Part shown: positions 43,655 to 60,667 of the stretch, piece after piece
How the letters are laid out: each line of letters opens with the position of its first letter
How positions within the stretch are numbered: the stretch's first letter is position 1
Source of the DNA: Psilocybe cubensis
Taxonomy: Eukaryota
Length of the DNA: 64,000 bases
Direction: 5' to 3'
Assembly: GCA_017499595.2 (NCBI GenBank)
Contig: CM039002.1
Coordinates: 868,001-932,000, forward strand
Translations under genes and position numbers: made by a program
Notes under the pieces: model-generated
What the model saw: the letters and a program-made list of their open reading frames with translations, nothing else
The model's database searches: none
What the model was told of the DNA's origin: nothing

Positions 43655-46385
43655 TCACGGCCTTGCCACTACTCCTATAATTCCCAGTTCCTCCGCGATT
43701 ATGACGGCGGCTTTCTCCCCAATGGCGATGGCAGTGCTATATGTGTTAGCGGCAACATTTGCAGGGGTAATACTACAGTCTGTTCGAACATGATCATTCA
43801 GGATATGATTCAGGAAAATAAACAATCAAAACATACCGGCAACCTTTAGGTTTTGGGTACCATATACGTTTAGCTTGGAGTCAACCACACCGTTTTGCTC
43901 TCGAGGTTTCATTGCGCACGTTCCAATCTTAAATTATTTACTTAATCCAAAGGCAGAAAAATAATACAGAAGATATCTCACTGAGTGCCAGCATGTCTCA
44001 ACTATTCAATTAGACGATATTAAGCTTTTGAAAAGCAGACAAAGAGAAGTCGACGTACCTGTTGATTTGTGGTACTCGTCAATAGCTAGATCATCCTCTG
44101 TAGTGTACACAATGGGGGGAGCATCAATAGGTAAAGGCTTGGTCTCCTTCCCAACAGCTGCTGCGCTGCCAGCCGGGAATAGTGGGTGTCCGACAGCAAG
44201 CTCGCCGCGGAAGTACTTCATTCGTCGGGCGACTTCGCGGGCTCTCTTGTACCCCCAAGCCAAAACAGCCAGGTCAGCTTGCCTAAGGGGAAGGTGATAA
44301 GTATCTAGTACCGTTAAGGGTCATAAGCTATCCTCTTACTCCTCTAGGAAGCCCGGGTAAAAGTCAAGTGGCGCATAAAGATCAGTTCCAGAGGTGATGT
44401 GGACATGTCCAGTAGCGAGAGGATGTGTCTACATAAATGTATGTTAAACGACTTCATACTTTTAGTATTTTTGAAGGTTTACTGAGAAATACGCCACGCT
44501 GAAATATTTGCCTCGTGGTACTTCAGGGTTAAGTCCGACGTATCTATAAACAAACCAATAAGTCAATTACGGCAACATGGACGAGTGGAAGACGTACGCA
44601 GCCATCGTCGCCATCATTAAAATCGGTTTGTCGGGTTTGTTCGCATAGTAGGACTTCCACCGTTCTTCGAAACTAACAGGTATTTCTTTGAGTTCAGCTT
44701 CTTTGGGCCTCAGCCTGATGCCTCCATCTATGCCACTATAAAGAAAAGAAATTAGTCAACACCATGACAATAACTGGCTGGATTTGAATGCAATCCACAC
44801 ACTTGTTGGCGAACAGTCCTTTCCCTTCTTTGGTCCACTGATCTGCGAAGGCTAGAGACGTGTCAAAAATTAGATATGACACTGGTATTCAATAAAGGTA
44901 CACGCATACTCTGTACTTCGTCTTCGTGACCACGAAATACTAAATCCATTGTGGTGGCATCCTCACTGGCAAGGTAAGGGGTGAAAATTACATTATGGTC
45001 TACAGGCCAAGTCAGTAATTCCCTTTGCTATTTTGGAACTTAGTGTCCTTACCCATATAATTTTTTCCTACACCTGGCAAATTGACAAGTTGTTCGACTC
45101 CATTCTTTTTCAGAATTTCAGGAGAGCCCACACCCGAACGCTCGAGAATGGCAGGCGAACCAAATGCGCCAGAAGAAAGAACCACAAGGCGAGCAGCTCT
45201 GACAGAGATCGGCTTGATAGCACATTTAGCTCTTCCTATTTTGTCATCCACATATTCCACTCCAACAGCTCGAGTACCACTGTCAAACTCAGAAATTAGT
45301 GACTGTACTTTTGATAATTTCGACTGTCGTTCACTGACTCGAATAAAACACGTAGCACCTTGGAGCCCGTCTGTACAGTCAAATTTGGGTGTGCTTTATT
45401 GTAGATGTACCCATGAGCTGCATCAGATCGTTTGCCGGTATTAGAGTCGACATATCTAATAAACATCTCATCAGATGTTGAAATGGAAATCTGGTGGAAT
45501 GTTACCTCTGTATAGGCTATCATTGAATATAATTGACTGTCAAACAAGGCCCTGCCGGATAAACACAATTACTCACACCCCAGGAATTTAGAGACTTGGA
45601 ACTAAAATCGTTGATATCATTAGTCGAGCCACGCCCATCTTTGAGGGCTTGACCAACAGCAATCAATTCTTCACCAACATTGTTTCCTGTAGAGGCGAAC
45701 GATATTTTAATTGGGCCAGATGATCCATGTGCAGGATGAGTGGGATTCGGCTGGTAGGTTTCGGCCTGGGTGTCATTAAGTGGCAAAGGATCAGAATACG
45801 CTCTTTAAACTTTTCTTCTAAACGCGTACTTTTTTCAGAAGGGGAATTATTTCTTTGGAACTCCAACCTTTATTCCCATGAACGGTCTCCCAATCGTCAA
45901 AGTCGGAGGCAGCTGGCCGCGTGTACATGAGGACTACGGCATTACATATTAGCTGCAATATAACAAGAAGTTAAACGTCCATACAATTTATGCTTGATCC
46001 ACCACCTACAGCGCGCCCGGATGGCACAATGTGGAACCGTTCGCCAGTACCTTTGCCACCTTGCCCAACGTGAAAGGACAGCACAGGCTTTCCAGTCAAA
46101 ATGTTGCTGAAGAATCGACCTGGTTGTACGTGATAGAACAAATCCTTCGAATGGGAGCCTGCTTCCAAAACCTAAATTCGTGGTTAAGATATTTAACACA
46201 TCGCAGCTTGAGCGACCGAGCAATCGTACCAATATCCTTAAAGTTGGATCAGCATCTGCGAGACGACCTGCTGTAACACAAGCACTGGCACCGCCTAGAA
46301 AAGAGAGTGAAAAAATGTAAACCCTTCTTAGTAGGCCTTAAGAATACATACCACCAGCAAAAATAACGTCGTAAGTAGCAGACAT
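43655..46385 (-). CDS. GMC oxidoreductase, alcohol-oxidase-like (AA3_3), copy 3
   Basis: [65 protein letters not shown]; ends GVAGP*. Confidence 0.92.
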
Positions 46386-47152
46386 GAGAGTTCGAGATTG
46401 AATGCGTTTGGTGTGGGATATGCTGTAGTATCGGCTGGCCCTGTAGTATTTATCTGAACAGTCCTTCCAGATATGGTTGGCTTGTGGGGTTAGCGATCGT
46501 TTCATTGCTTTGATGTCGCAAATATCACCAAAGCGATAAATGCTACAACCTGGCAAGCCGAGTTCAACTGTGACAAAACGTTTTAGGGGTATGTAATCGT
46601 TAAGGAAAACGAAACAATAAAGTGGTGAAAATTCGTCTTTATATCCGCGTTATAATTAGGTTTCGACACCTCAGATGCTCAAGGGTCGAAGTTGGAAAGG
46701 AATTGCAGTGTGGTCATGATAGTTAATCAAACCACATATACTTGGCTCCTCCTTAATGCACTACGGGATACGAGTTGAATAGATCTTGAGAACTTGACGC
46801 AGCTGATGTACGCATAGACATTCAGGCAAGAACAAAATGACGCCGAGAGGTAATGACTTACTATAGGCCATGATGCTAGATGGGGCAACAATTAGCTCTG
46901 GAACACCCCTTTGGAGTTCGTAGGTCTGATTAATATACAATTGTGTATCAGTCATTCAAATGACGGTTCAACATGGAAAATCAGTAACCGAGGCGGTGAG
47001 CAGAACTAGTCTTCAGGATATGCACCACAACGTCAACCTTTCGCCGAGTATGCTGCCGATCAGCAACCGACTCGACGTCAGTCTCAATAGTCATTCAAAT
47101 AGTTGCCAGTGATGGATAAGATATTGCCGGAGAAATAGCCAACAGTTGCGTG

Positions 47153-48326
47153 TTATGTAGACATATCATAGGGAACAACATTGTCTGCAGTGATATTCGA
47201 TTTTTCCTTCGGCTCCGGGGGTGGAGGGAGTGCAGTGGCATTCCACCCTGTCCTGAAGGATGCAACACCTCCAATGAGTGAGAAGATGGTGACCCAGATC
47301 TGTCAATTATCATCAATAGCTGTGAAAAGACATCATCATCATGAGTCCTTACGTCATTGCCGAAGATGCCCTGTTCCAGTGACCTAAAGGTCCAGTTAGT
47401 TGACTGACCACGATATAAACCACAGTACCGACTCACCAATGAAGTGTTAACGGGAAGTTGCTGAAATTGGTGACAACCTCCGACCAGAATGCATCTCGTC
47501 GCTGATGCATCTCGACTTTTTCTTCCCGTGTTAGGCCTGTGCCTTTGGCTTTGCGAATTGAACTTTGTCTTTGCTTCAAAAGTTTCCAATCTTCTATCAA
47601 GTGAGCAAACTGAAGGACAACATAGATACCCCAAAATCTGCAGGACCACATCCCTAGTTTGGCTGGATCGAGGCGGATGAACTTCTTTTTGGAGGAAAAG
47701 ATTGTCGCAGGTGAAGGAATAGTAGCTGGGATGATGCCATGCGAACCCAGATAGGACAAATGTTCAAGGGGATAATATGCCAGCATTGACCATCCTTGCA
47801 AGCGTTCGATGGTTAAAAGTTTCCTTGTTGCAGGAGGATTGCGTTCCAAGGATATGAGCCATTGGAAGATAGGAAGAAGACCTGCAAAGGACATTTGCAT
47901 CAACAGATTCAACATTGACAAATGAACTTACCCCATAATCGCCAAAGAGTGCGCGAGTCTCCAAGTATACCGGCGAACTTGACACAACTTGCAGCAGTTC
48001 CACTCGTTGGTGTAGCACGTAGGCCAGCGCGATATTGTAAACGGGCACGGAGGTGGAAAAAGGGGGCGAGTAGCTTTAAGGTGTATTGCAGGACCTTCCA
48101 AACGACGTCAAATGCTTGAAAAGAATTCAAGCGTAAAATGGCTCACTGTGAAGAGTTTGCTATAAAGAAATGGGGTTTAGTATGCATACAAGGATCGATA
48201 CAATTCATGACGCAACTCGCTACCGCTCCATGTACTAAGATACCGGATTAAATGATCGAGAGTCTGAGAGGGTTTGACGAGTGAAAAGCACCCTAGGACA
48301 ACATCGTTAAGACGAGCCGCGGTCAT
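47153..48326 (-). CDS. PEX11-family peroxisomal membrane protein (Pex11C-like)
   Basis: LDHLIRYLSTWSGS|DKLFT|VLQYTLKL; LGDSRTLWRLWGLLP; LAYYPLEHLSYL; WSCRFW; NFPLTLHWS; C-terminal hydrophobic segment. Confidence 0.8.
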
Positions 48327-49368
48327 GGGTTTTGAGTAACGGGACATTAGAAGAACAGGTTCGTTGAGGATGTGTTCTGAATTTATTGGTAACTGTTAGC
48401 CAGTGTAATGCTGGTTGTGGCAGTCCATTCGCGTCGCAGAAACTGGCCTGAGCGCGTGATTCCGGGAATTGTAATTGCCGGTCGTGAGAATATGTTACAT
48501 AACTACTATACAGATTCATATATAAGTGGAACTTGACCCTTTTTCGTTCTTTGAACAAACACTGTGGACATAAAAGTTCGGGCTTGGTATAAGCTTTTCC
48601 GCCTCCTTGTCCGCGTTCCCGTCCCCTAGAATAAACCAAGGTACCAAAAGGTGCTGGGCGCTGTTGGCATCGAGGTGTTCTCGCTTCAACGTTTTCTTCT
48701 TCTTGGAGGTGTCGCATTGGCTGATGCCCAGGATGCGAGGTGGAAAGCGAGAGGGTTCATCTTGGTGTCAGCAACCTCTACATCTCTTCGTCTGTACACT
48801 ATGTTTTAACTATTGGAATGTTTAAATCAACTATTCGTTTACCTTACTCCGTGATGATTCATTTCTATTCTAAACTTTTGTGCAATTTTTTCATCTTGTA
48901 CGGTGTGTGCACAACTTCAAAACGCGTATGCATTCTCTTCGGGCAGTCCAAGCATTCCAACTAATATTTCTCTGCGTAGATTCTTGGGATCATAATGGCT
49001 TGAGCCTTACTTCAACCGACAACTTTTTCCGCGCCGCTTTGACTGCCTCTATTTTCCGATAATCTCTTGGTTGCGACGACTGTTCATGCTTTCAAATGAC
49101 TGGACATCGGAAAATCGCAGGAGAAACTTGGTCTAATCATTTCGCTAAGGAGCGCTTGCTGTTTATGAAAGCTCATGACACTTGTCACTCCCTGCCATTG
49201 CATGATTTGTGTTGACAATATGGAGATAATTGTATGCAAATCTTTCATTTTCCATAGGTTCATGTGGGACGTTTTGCTCTCAGGTCTTGAGCACCGGGGT
49301 TAATATTCGAAGTTTCCACCCTTTATAAAGTAGGGTAGTCCATCAGTACACCCTTGTCCATCTTGAAC

Positions 49369-50804
<1,436 letters not shown>

Positions 50805-51411
50805 TGTAGTCTTTCCCTTTTCTGAAGAATGAAAATCTTGTTTGTCTCAATGTTTATTGTGCCAAAATCTCAGTCCTGAGACGAGAACAGCATCAGCACC
50901 ACTTTTACAAACGTACTGCGGTGTGGGTATATTTCTGGTCTTCACCGTCTTCTTTTTGACTCATCCTTTTTCAGGACATATAGAATATTCTACGCGACCT
51001 CATGACCTCATGACCACAGTAATCGGCAAGAAAACATACGGTTGTTTTCTATCTTCGACAATTCCGGCCCGTGCCACGTCGTTTAAGGTGTCAATTCACT
51101 CTACGGCCACTCAAATGCAATACTCATCACTAAGTCTACGCTGCCACGAAGCGTCTTGCGGAGTCGATACGGCGCGATCACTTTTATGCACCAGCAACGC
51201 CCGCCAAGTATCTCACGATTGTGCGAACCAATGAACAGAAATCGGTATAGTGGGCAAGCATCCCTGGCATTTATTTTCAGACTGCTCGCTGAAATCTTTT
51301 ATTAGTATGCTTCATGTGGGGGTGTAGGCGTTTAGGAGAGTGATATAAGGCGACGTTAGGACCCAGAAAGCCACGCCAGAGAGGATACTGCCATTCTGAA
51401 GCACTTTTTCA

Positions 51412-52915
51412 ATGGCGAAGCTTGCTGTGTTTGTGGGCTCCTTACTCATTTCGATTCCATTCTCTGCTGCCCAATTAGATATCCTCGCCCAACTCGCCGG
51501 GAAAAAATACTTTGGAACTGCTACAGACAACCCAGAACTTACTAATGCCTCTTATGTAGCCCAGCTAGGCAACACATTGGATTTCCATCAACTGACCCCG
51601 GTACGTGATACGTTTTATTTCATTCTTTCATGAAACCTGTCTCATGCGATTCGATAGGCCAATAGTATGAAATGGGTCAGCAATATTTCCTCTCTAAGCC
51701 GGCTTGCTTTGACAATTGTCTGGTAGGATGCTACTGAACCTTCTCGAGGAATATTCACATTTAATGGTGGAGATGCTATTGTCGCCCAAGCAAAATCACG
51801 AGGGCAGCTTATGCGAGGTAAATTCAGTGGAAATTATCGTTCATAAGCTGCGTCTCTGAAATCTCTACAACTCTAGGTCATAATTGCGTTTGGCATAGTC
51901 AGCTTCCTGACTGGGTGACGGCTGGAAATTTCGACAATGCCACCCTATTATCAATCGTAGAGAATCACTGCGGCACGCTAGTTGGACACTACAAAGGCCA
52001 AATGTAGGTTTTTGGTCATTTTCCGTCAAATGATACTAACTATTAATTAATAGATGTATGTTTTTGTTATTCTTCAACATATTTGTCCCATCTTTATTAA
52101 CCAGAAAAAATAGATGGTTGGGATGTCATCAATGGTGAGACATTCAGCCATGTCAAGACTTCTTTTTTATCTCATACATCGATTAAGAGGCGATAAATGA
52201 TGATGGGACTTTCCGACAATCCGTCTTTTTCAACACAACTGGTCTTTCCTACATCAAGGCGGCTTTGAGAACTGCTCGAAAAGCAGACCCCAAAGCAAAG
52301 CTATACGTTCGTTGTTTTTCATCGATCGCACATGACTCTGGTTTTACTGAATTTTCATTCAGATCAATGATTTCAACATCGAAGGCACTGGTGCCAAATC
52401 GACTACAATGATCAACCTTGTCAAGGAGTTGAAGTCTGAGGGTGTTCCGATTGATGGGATCGGTGTCCAATCTCATCTTATCGTTGGCGAAGTTCCTACA
52501 ACTATGCAAGAAAATCTTCAAGCCTTCGCCGACCTCGGTGTAGAGGTTGCTATTACCGAACTTGATATCAGAATGACTCTACCAGAGACCCCTGAACTCC
52601 TTGAACAACAGACGAAGGATTACGAATTTGTGATCTCAGCTTGCAAGGCCGTCAAAGGCTGCGTCGGTGTGACTCTATGGGACTGGACTGACAAGGCATG
52701 TTGATTGCAATTTTTCTCATCGGGAATGTTTCTCTGAAGATCATATTTTTCAGTTTTCATGGGTTCCTGGAGCCTTCGCTGGTCAGGGTGGTGCTTGCCC
52801 ATGGGATGAGGTTAGCATTCGGAAGTCTCCCAAGTTGCAAGTAACTAATAGGCATATTCAGAACTTCAAAAAGAAACCAGCTTACCTGGGTATCGTCAAA
52901 GGATGGCTGTCGTGA
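51412..52915 (+). CDS. GH10 endo-1,4-beta-xylanase, secreted, no CBM, copy 2
   Basis: [57 protein letters not shown]. Confidence 0.95.
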
Positions 52916-53804
52916 AAACAGTTAAAAGGACGAAGTAATATTTATATATGAAACCAGCAGTCTGTTTTAGTCTATGCGAATACACGCCATTCATTGGTCT
53001 ATTCTAGGACCATTACTGAATCAAGTAGCTAAGTTTCTTGAACTGTCAAAATTCTGTTTCTCGGTGGTTTTTTCCAGAATTTCATCGACCATTGGCGTGG
53101 AGATGAGGTCAGGTTGTTGTTATAGGTTGCTGCGGCATTCTCACAGTGATTTTCGCCTAGAAATGTGATTTTCATAATAGTCATATTACTGACAATATGA
53201 CCTATATGTGGAGCCTCACTCTCTTGCGTCACAACGTCTTCCAGTGTACCAAATCAATTTTGGAAGACCACAACATTCTTATAGTCTTTACCAACATAAT
53301 TACCACCACTCTTTATGTCGAGGACCGCATCGCCTTTTTGATCAAACGAACCAAGTAGATGGGTCCTACCAGTGATTTCACCCGTATTCTCTCTGCTCAC
53401 TACACATCTTTTGACGGCAGGAGATTGACATTCGAACCTCATGACTGCTCTTTCTATTTTCTTAAACGATAGCTCCGTTCCGTCTGCAAATTTGGGTTCC
53501 GGGCTCCATGCAAGGACCCATGTATCCGGACTTGGACACCATCTAGAGAAAACGGGATACATTTTGAATGTCATGACCTGTGTTTTGGAGCTCGTCTTCC
53601 ATCGGTACTGGGCCAGGACCATACATTGGACTCGCACGAATGTGCGAATCAGTTGTGAATTTAGTCTCCAATGATCAACTGTTAGAGCACCTGGAGCACC
53701 TCCTGGTACATCCTCATACGACGTGCGGGGGCGGCCCTTTTATCTGTGGAGGGTATATTAACGAGGGGTGAAAATGGCTCAGCAACATAATCCTCCTTTC
53801 GAAT

Positions 53805-55273
<1,469 letters not shown>

Positions 55274-55723
55274 AAAGATGAAACCAAGTTTCTTGAATTG
55301 TATCATAGTCACATACCGCGTCCCATTTGTATTCTGTAGTACCTCAAGTTCGGTGAAATGTTGCACACAACCAAACGTGGTAGTTGCTCGAAAGTTGTTA
55401 GTTCGAATCGCTGGCGGCTGTTCCGACCCGGGAAATATTGCTGTCATTGGGTTCCATAAGTAGAATAAACTTTATAGGACGTGATTATACAAACGGTACA
55501 TAATAGCATCATACTTCACGTCCTTTGTTCTGGCCTTGACCAATGTCCTTTTAGCCAAAAGCTTTCGATTCGACATTCAAGGATCCTCAAAATCGTCTCT
55601 TCTCCTAACTGTCATATACCTTTATACGCTCAGACGCTGATTGAGCCGAAGATTGAGCTCTAGGGTGTAACACTCCACATCTGCACCCAATCTGCACCTT
55701 TAGTACATGATCACGAATCAAAG

Positions 55724-57534
55724 ATGGACATGATCCACGAATCAGATAACGCGCAAGAGCTCAACGTGAAGTTTTACCCGGAACTTTTCTTGCAGCGCCG
55801 GATATGGATACTAGATATCTTACGGAGGGAGAACATCACACGAGTATGTCATTCAACAAATTTTTTTGAATCAAAACCGTTTCACAGAAGAGGACTTTAT
55901 TTTTGCAATGACATAGGTGCTAGATGTTGGTTGCGGTGAAGGTCAGATACTAGGCGTGCTGTGCCAGCCAGCGCCATGGCTTACACCACCACCATCATCA
56001 ATTTTGCCCCCGATCAAACCCTCGACGTCACCCGACGACATTGTGCCTCCATCCCCTATTTACAACGACGATGAGGTACCCACCCTGCATATTCGTGAAG
56101 TCCATGGACTCGATATCTCAGCTGAAGACCTTACCTTCGCTGTAGCGGCAATTACACCTCCTCAAGAAGAGGATGAACCCGCAGAGGGTCTGGGATTCCG
56201 ACCATTCTATCGTGGTGTGCAACGGTGGGAAGAGCTCCTCGCTAAGGTTTGGAAAGGTGGGCTGGAAGTCATAAATGAAGAGTTTATAGACATTGAATGT
56301 ATCGTCAGCACCGAGGTGTAGGTCCGAACACAAACTGTATCATTTCATACATAACTGACGACCCTTTCCCAACAGAATCGAACATCTCCCAGAGCCCATA
56401 TTCTCAGCGTTCACACCCATGCTATTGGGAGTATACCACCCAAAATTTCTGCTCGTTACTACGCCTTCATACACATTTAACGCTCGCTTTACCCCACCGG
56501 ATGCACCAAGGTCTGCTAGGAAAGGATATCCTGATCCGACAGGAAGAACGGATCGCATTTTCCGACACGATGACCACAAATTCGAATGGACAAGAGATGA
56601 ATTCGAAACTTGGTGTAATGAAACAGCCAAAGAATGGGGATATGATGTCGAGTGGTCAAGCATCGGTAGACCATTGGAATATGACCCCTGGGGAAGAGAT
56701 GAAGAACTCCAAGGAGCATCTTTCGTTGCTACGTTTCGCAGACGGAACGATGTCGACAATGAAGAGAGAGAGAAAAAAGGCCGAGCCAAGTTAGGTGATT
56801 TGGCGTTAAATCAGGAACCACACGAAGCCTTGGCCATATACAACCATGTTACAAGCTCAGTTGCAAAGAAACCCAAACCTCTATCAGATATAGCAGCTCT
56901 CGTCAAGGGGAAAATGGAAGAATTTCGAGAGGCCTTTATGAGGGTGGAAGAAATGTGGTTTGAACCAAGTATTTCTAGGGCATGCGGTGGTTGGATCGAG
57001 CTCTTAGTTAGGGCAGTTGAAGAGAGTTCTGATCTGAACATGAAGAGGGATGTTGACGGCGTCGTGATGAAACAAAGTAGTATGTGGAGTATTGAACTCA
57101 TTGGAGCGGTTGCTTTCCCCACAAATCCGTGGACAGATACAGCCAACACTAGTGTTGACTATATCCCATTAGACTGGACCCCTGGAGAAGGTCCCCATGA
57201 CAGTTGGGATGATAGCGATGCCGAAGGTTCGACGGGTATAGAAGGCGACGTTTCTGCGTTTACGTCGGATAACGATGCAGACGAGGAATCTGACAATGAA
57301 ACAACTACTGGGATAGAACGATCTGCCTGGAAAGAATTGTCAGATATTCAAGCGAAGACCCGGTCACAAAACAACTGGGCAAGTTCAGGAAGTGATTGGG
57401 CAGCTAGCGATACTAGTGGGTGGGGAGAACACGATAGAGATGACACAGACATAGGTTGGGGAAATCCTGCTGCTAGTTCAAGTTCGACTGCTGGATGGGA
57501 TGGAGATGAAAGTGGTGATACTACTTCATATTAA
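55724..57534 (+). CDS. HEN1: Small RNA 2'-O-methyltransferase (HEN1/HENMT1) with long acidic Trp-rich C-terminal extension (3 exons)
   Basis: FYPELFLQRR (FxPP-like motif); VLDVGCGEG (SAM-binding motif I); STEV|IEHL; VTTPSYTFN; FRHDDHKFEWTRDEF. Introns at about 55844-55916 and 56318-56376. Confidence 0.93.
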
Positions 57535-60500
57535 CCTTATTCATACTGGAAAGATCGTTTTGGGTAACCAGTGATATATTAGAGTGGAACTGTCCGCGAG
57601 GTAAACTGGTACAATACTGCATATATCCACGTAAGTTAAATCCATGAATGTAGGACATATTGACCCTTACCTGGTATAAATACTCTTCCCGATTCTGACA
57701 TCTAAAAGATAACTCGATTCTACTTCTTCCCTGACCGAACTGGGACTGCATAGATTTATTGTCAATTTCAAACAGAGTGGAATGAATAGCCAAATTCACC
57801 AATAAGGGGATGTAGCTGAGCCATGTATGTCACTGCCCACATAAGATAGCAACATGTTAGCGTCAGTAGCAGCGCCGTTCGTATCGTCCTATATGCACGC
57901 AATAATTAAAATGACACACAAGCACCATTCACGAAGATGAGTACTTGCACTTGTTGGGGTCCTTTTGGCACAAAAAGCGCGGCTGCTGTCATCAGCGCAG
58001 CTGTAACGACGAACATGAAGAGAACAGGAAGAACTGTCGCCATGATGGTTGACTCGCAAGACGGTGAGCAAGGTCATTCCAACGTTGGCGCAGTTCCGCT
58101 CAATTTCAGGGATGTGGGAATATATTACGTCATCAATACTGTTCAATCTGTTGACGTGCCAGCGTCAGTGCTTGCAAAGTTATCCAAAGCTGGAAACTTA
58201 GTCGAAAACGTACTTTATACCAGATGCATACTCCATGTCGTTGAGCTGCATCCTCGAGATATCCATGCCCTACAAAACTTCACCGGATCCAGTAGTATGG
58301 GCGAAACAATCAAATTCAAATTCACCACTGTAGGTGAATCTCTGTGAATTTGCGCAGGCGGTTCAAGGATCAAAATTGACAGCGATTTACCGTTGTCATA
58401 CGTTGGATTTCACGAGGCGTCATTCTTGATTCCACAAAGGGTATTCATTTGGTTTCACTGCCCTTTTATTTTGTGCTGACCGATGAATTCAGTAGTAGAT
58501 ACAACACTCCGGGAGAAATCTCGGAGGACCACACGGATCCACAATCAAAGTCAACCAATACAAATAGGAGTCTTTTTATGAGACCTCAAAGCTTCAACTC
58601 GCGGTACAACTTACTGGCAAAGAACCGGCAGCTTGTGCGACCGCCGACGGACAATACTCGGGCATTTTTTAACTGGACGGTACAGTCGGCCTGTTTGATG
58701 TGTGTCGTTCAACAAATCCCGCACAACACCACTTTCATGCTCAAATTTTCTCCTTTTACCAGTCATTTTTACGGAAACATTTTCCATATCCATCTTGATA
58801 TACGTCGAGGCAATACATGAATCTTGGCCTCGTATATTTATTCGCCTCTACTCTACAGCTGAAGATGTATCGGTGCCGGGAACTTGAAACGATGGTTGCA
58901 TCCTCCTTCACTTTCTGAAGCGTGCATATGCATGTTCCAACATCAATTTGTCAGGGCCTTGTCAGAACTTTATTGCATCGTAAAAAGCAGTGTCTTAATC
59001 GAAAGGGACTATCCTGTGCCCTAGGTTCAGTAGTCGCACGCTCAGGCAGATTTGGGTCGCACTCTATCGGTTGTCATACATACCGTAAAGCGGGCTCAAT
59101 CGCCGTCTACGAGTCACGGTGAACGGAGACTAATTGTACTTACAAGTAGTCTTCCTAACTCTTCCTACCGCTCCGGAATCAAACGCATTAGGATCTGCAA
59201 GCAATTCAGGCATCACAGGACTATTTACCTGCACCATTATTACAGCGACCCTGCCCCTCCTGCCCACATTTAAACACATAGCATGGATGCCGCGTGGCCA
59301 ACTGCCCATGACTCTCGCGTGGAAAGAAGACCCTTACCAGTTTCCTTTTATCGAGTTTATTGGATGCGCGTCGTGTCATGAAGCTTAGAAGCCGTAGAGC
59401 TCGCGGTTTGGATAGGCAGTCCAAGTACCGTGGTGACAAATTCTGACCATTATTCCTCCATGCTTTTTACAATCATTCCCCGACACTACTTTTTTTCCAA
59501 ACTCATCTAGGCGAGACCTCGAGCCCAGTTCCAGTGACTTTTAATGCCCCTAAATGAAAGGCTGCGAACTAAATGGATCTGTACAGGTCCATCTGCATTG
59601 CATCTCCTTTCAGGTCCCAGTTACATGGTCCGTGATTGTAATATTATGTCAAGTGTTCAAGATTTCGTCCACGATAAGCGAACACAAAATGCTCAGCGTG
59701 GCGCGGCGGCGCTGTTGTCTTTTTTGCCTAGAGCCCGCCGGCATCCATCCTTTCTTTCGGGCTTATGGGACTTTTCTGTGGCTACACTGACCGCTCCGAA
59801 TCTATGTCCAGAAGGAAGCGAAACTCCCACTGCCTAGTGAAGCTGATGAAGCATCTACAGTGGCGACTCAAAAATTTTCAGGTCGTCCGACGTAAAATGG
59901 TATGGGTGCCATACTTCGATCTTCCTCGTTATTTCAAAGGCTCTTACTCCTTGTCCTGACTAGATCCTGATTCCTCCTAGATCTCAAAATGTTATGATGA
60001 CTTTAATTTCTATTAATTGATCTTTGAAAAAAAATACAGGCCCGTAATTTGCTCATTTTGCTTTTTTTTTAATATTTGCAATCCGATATGCAAAAAGCAG
60101 GTTGTACCAGGATGTACCTTCCCGCTGGAACGTTTCTCAAAACCGAATTTCATGTCCGATTAAACAACCTTTCCTGCTCTCAGCAGCAGCAACTCCTCTT
60201 CTCTTTCGGCTGTTCTCCTGTCGCCTGAGGCCTCGCCATTCTCTAGAATTTCTATGGACATATGAGGCAACTACATCCCCGGACTCCGGATTGCGGAGGT
60301 GCGCGGGGCAGCGCGGGGCGACTTGGCACTGGGAGTTTCCTGAAAACAAAAGGGTATGCGGGATTCACAAGGTCTCTGTGGACCGACTATGCGCATCATC
60401 GGATCGTTCGGAGTTTGGCGCGGGATGGCTCAGATGTAGAATTCTACCGCGGGTGTAATGCAATTGGTATGTACATATAATAATGTATGTAGTACTGGTT

Positions 60501-60667
60501 GGTTGCATAAAAGAGGCAGAAATGATACAAATACAGAGAGCAAAAAAGAAATTGCATAATGTCCCTTATTACATTACTGACTTGACATGGATAATAGAGA
60601 GGATAGATGAAAAAAATGGTAAAGGAATGACAGACGATTAAGACAATCGTGTTGGGTAAATAAGCAG

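Noticed and set aside
53254-53637. 127-aa minus-strand ORF between GH10 copies 2 and 3
   Set aside because: Non-ATG start, no recognisable domain or splice partners, and it overlaps the expected promoter of copy 3. A BLAST search would settle it.
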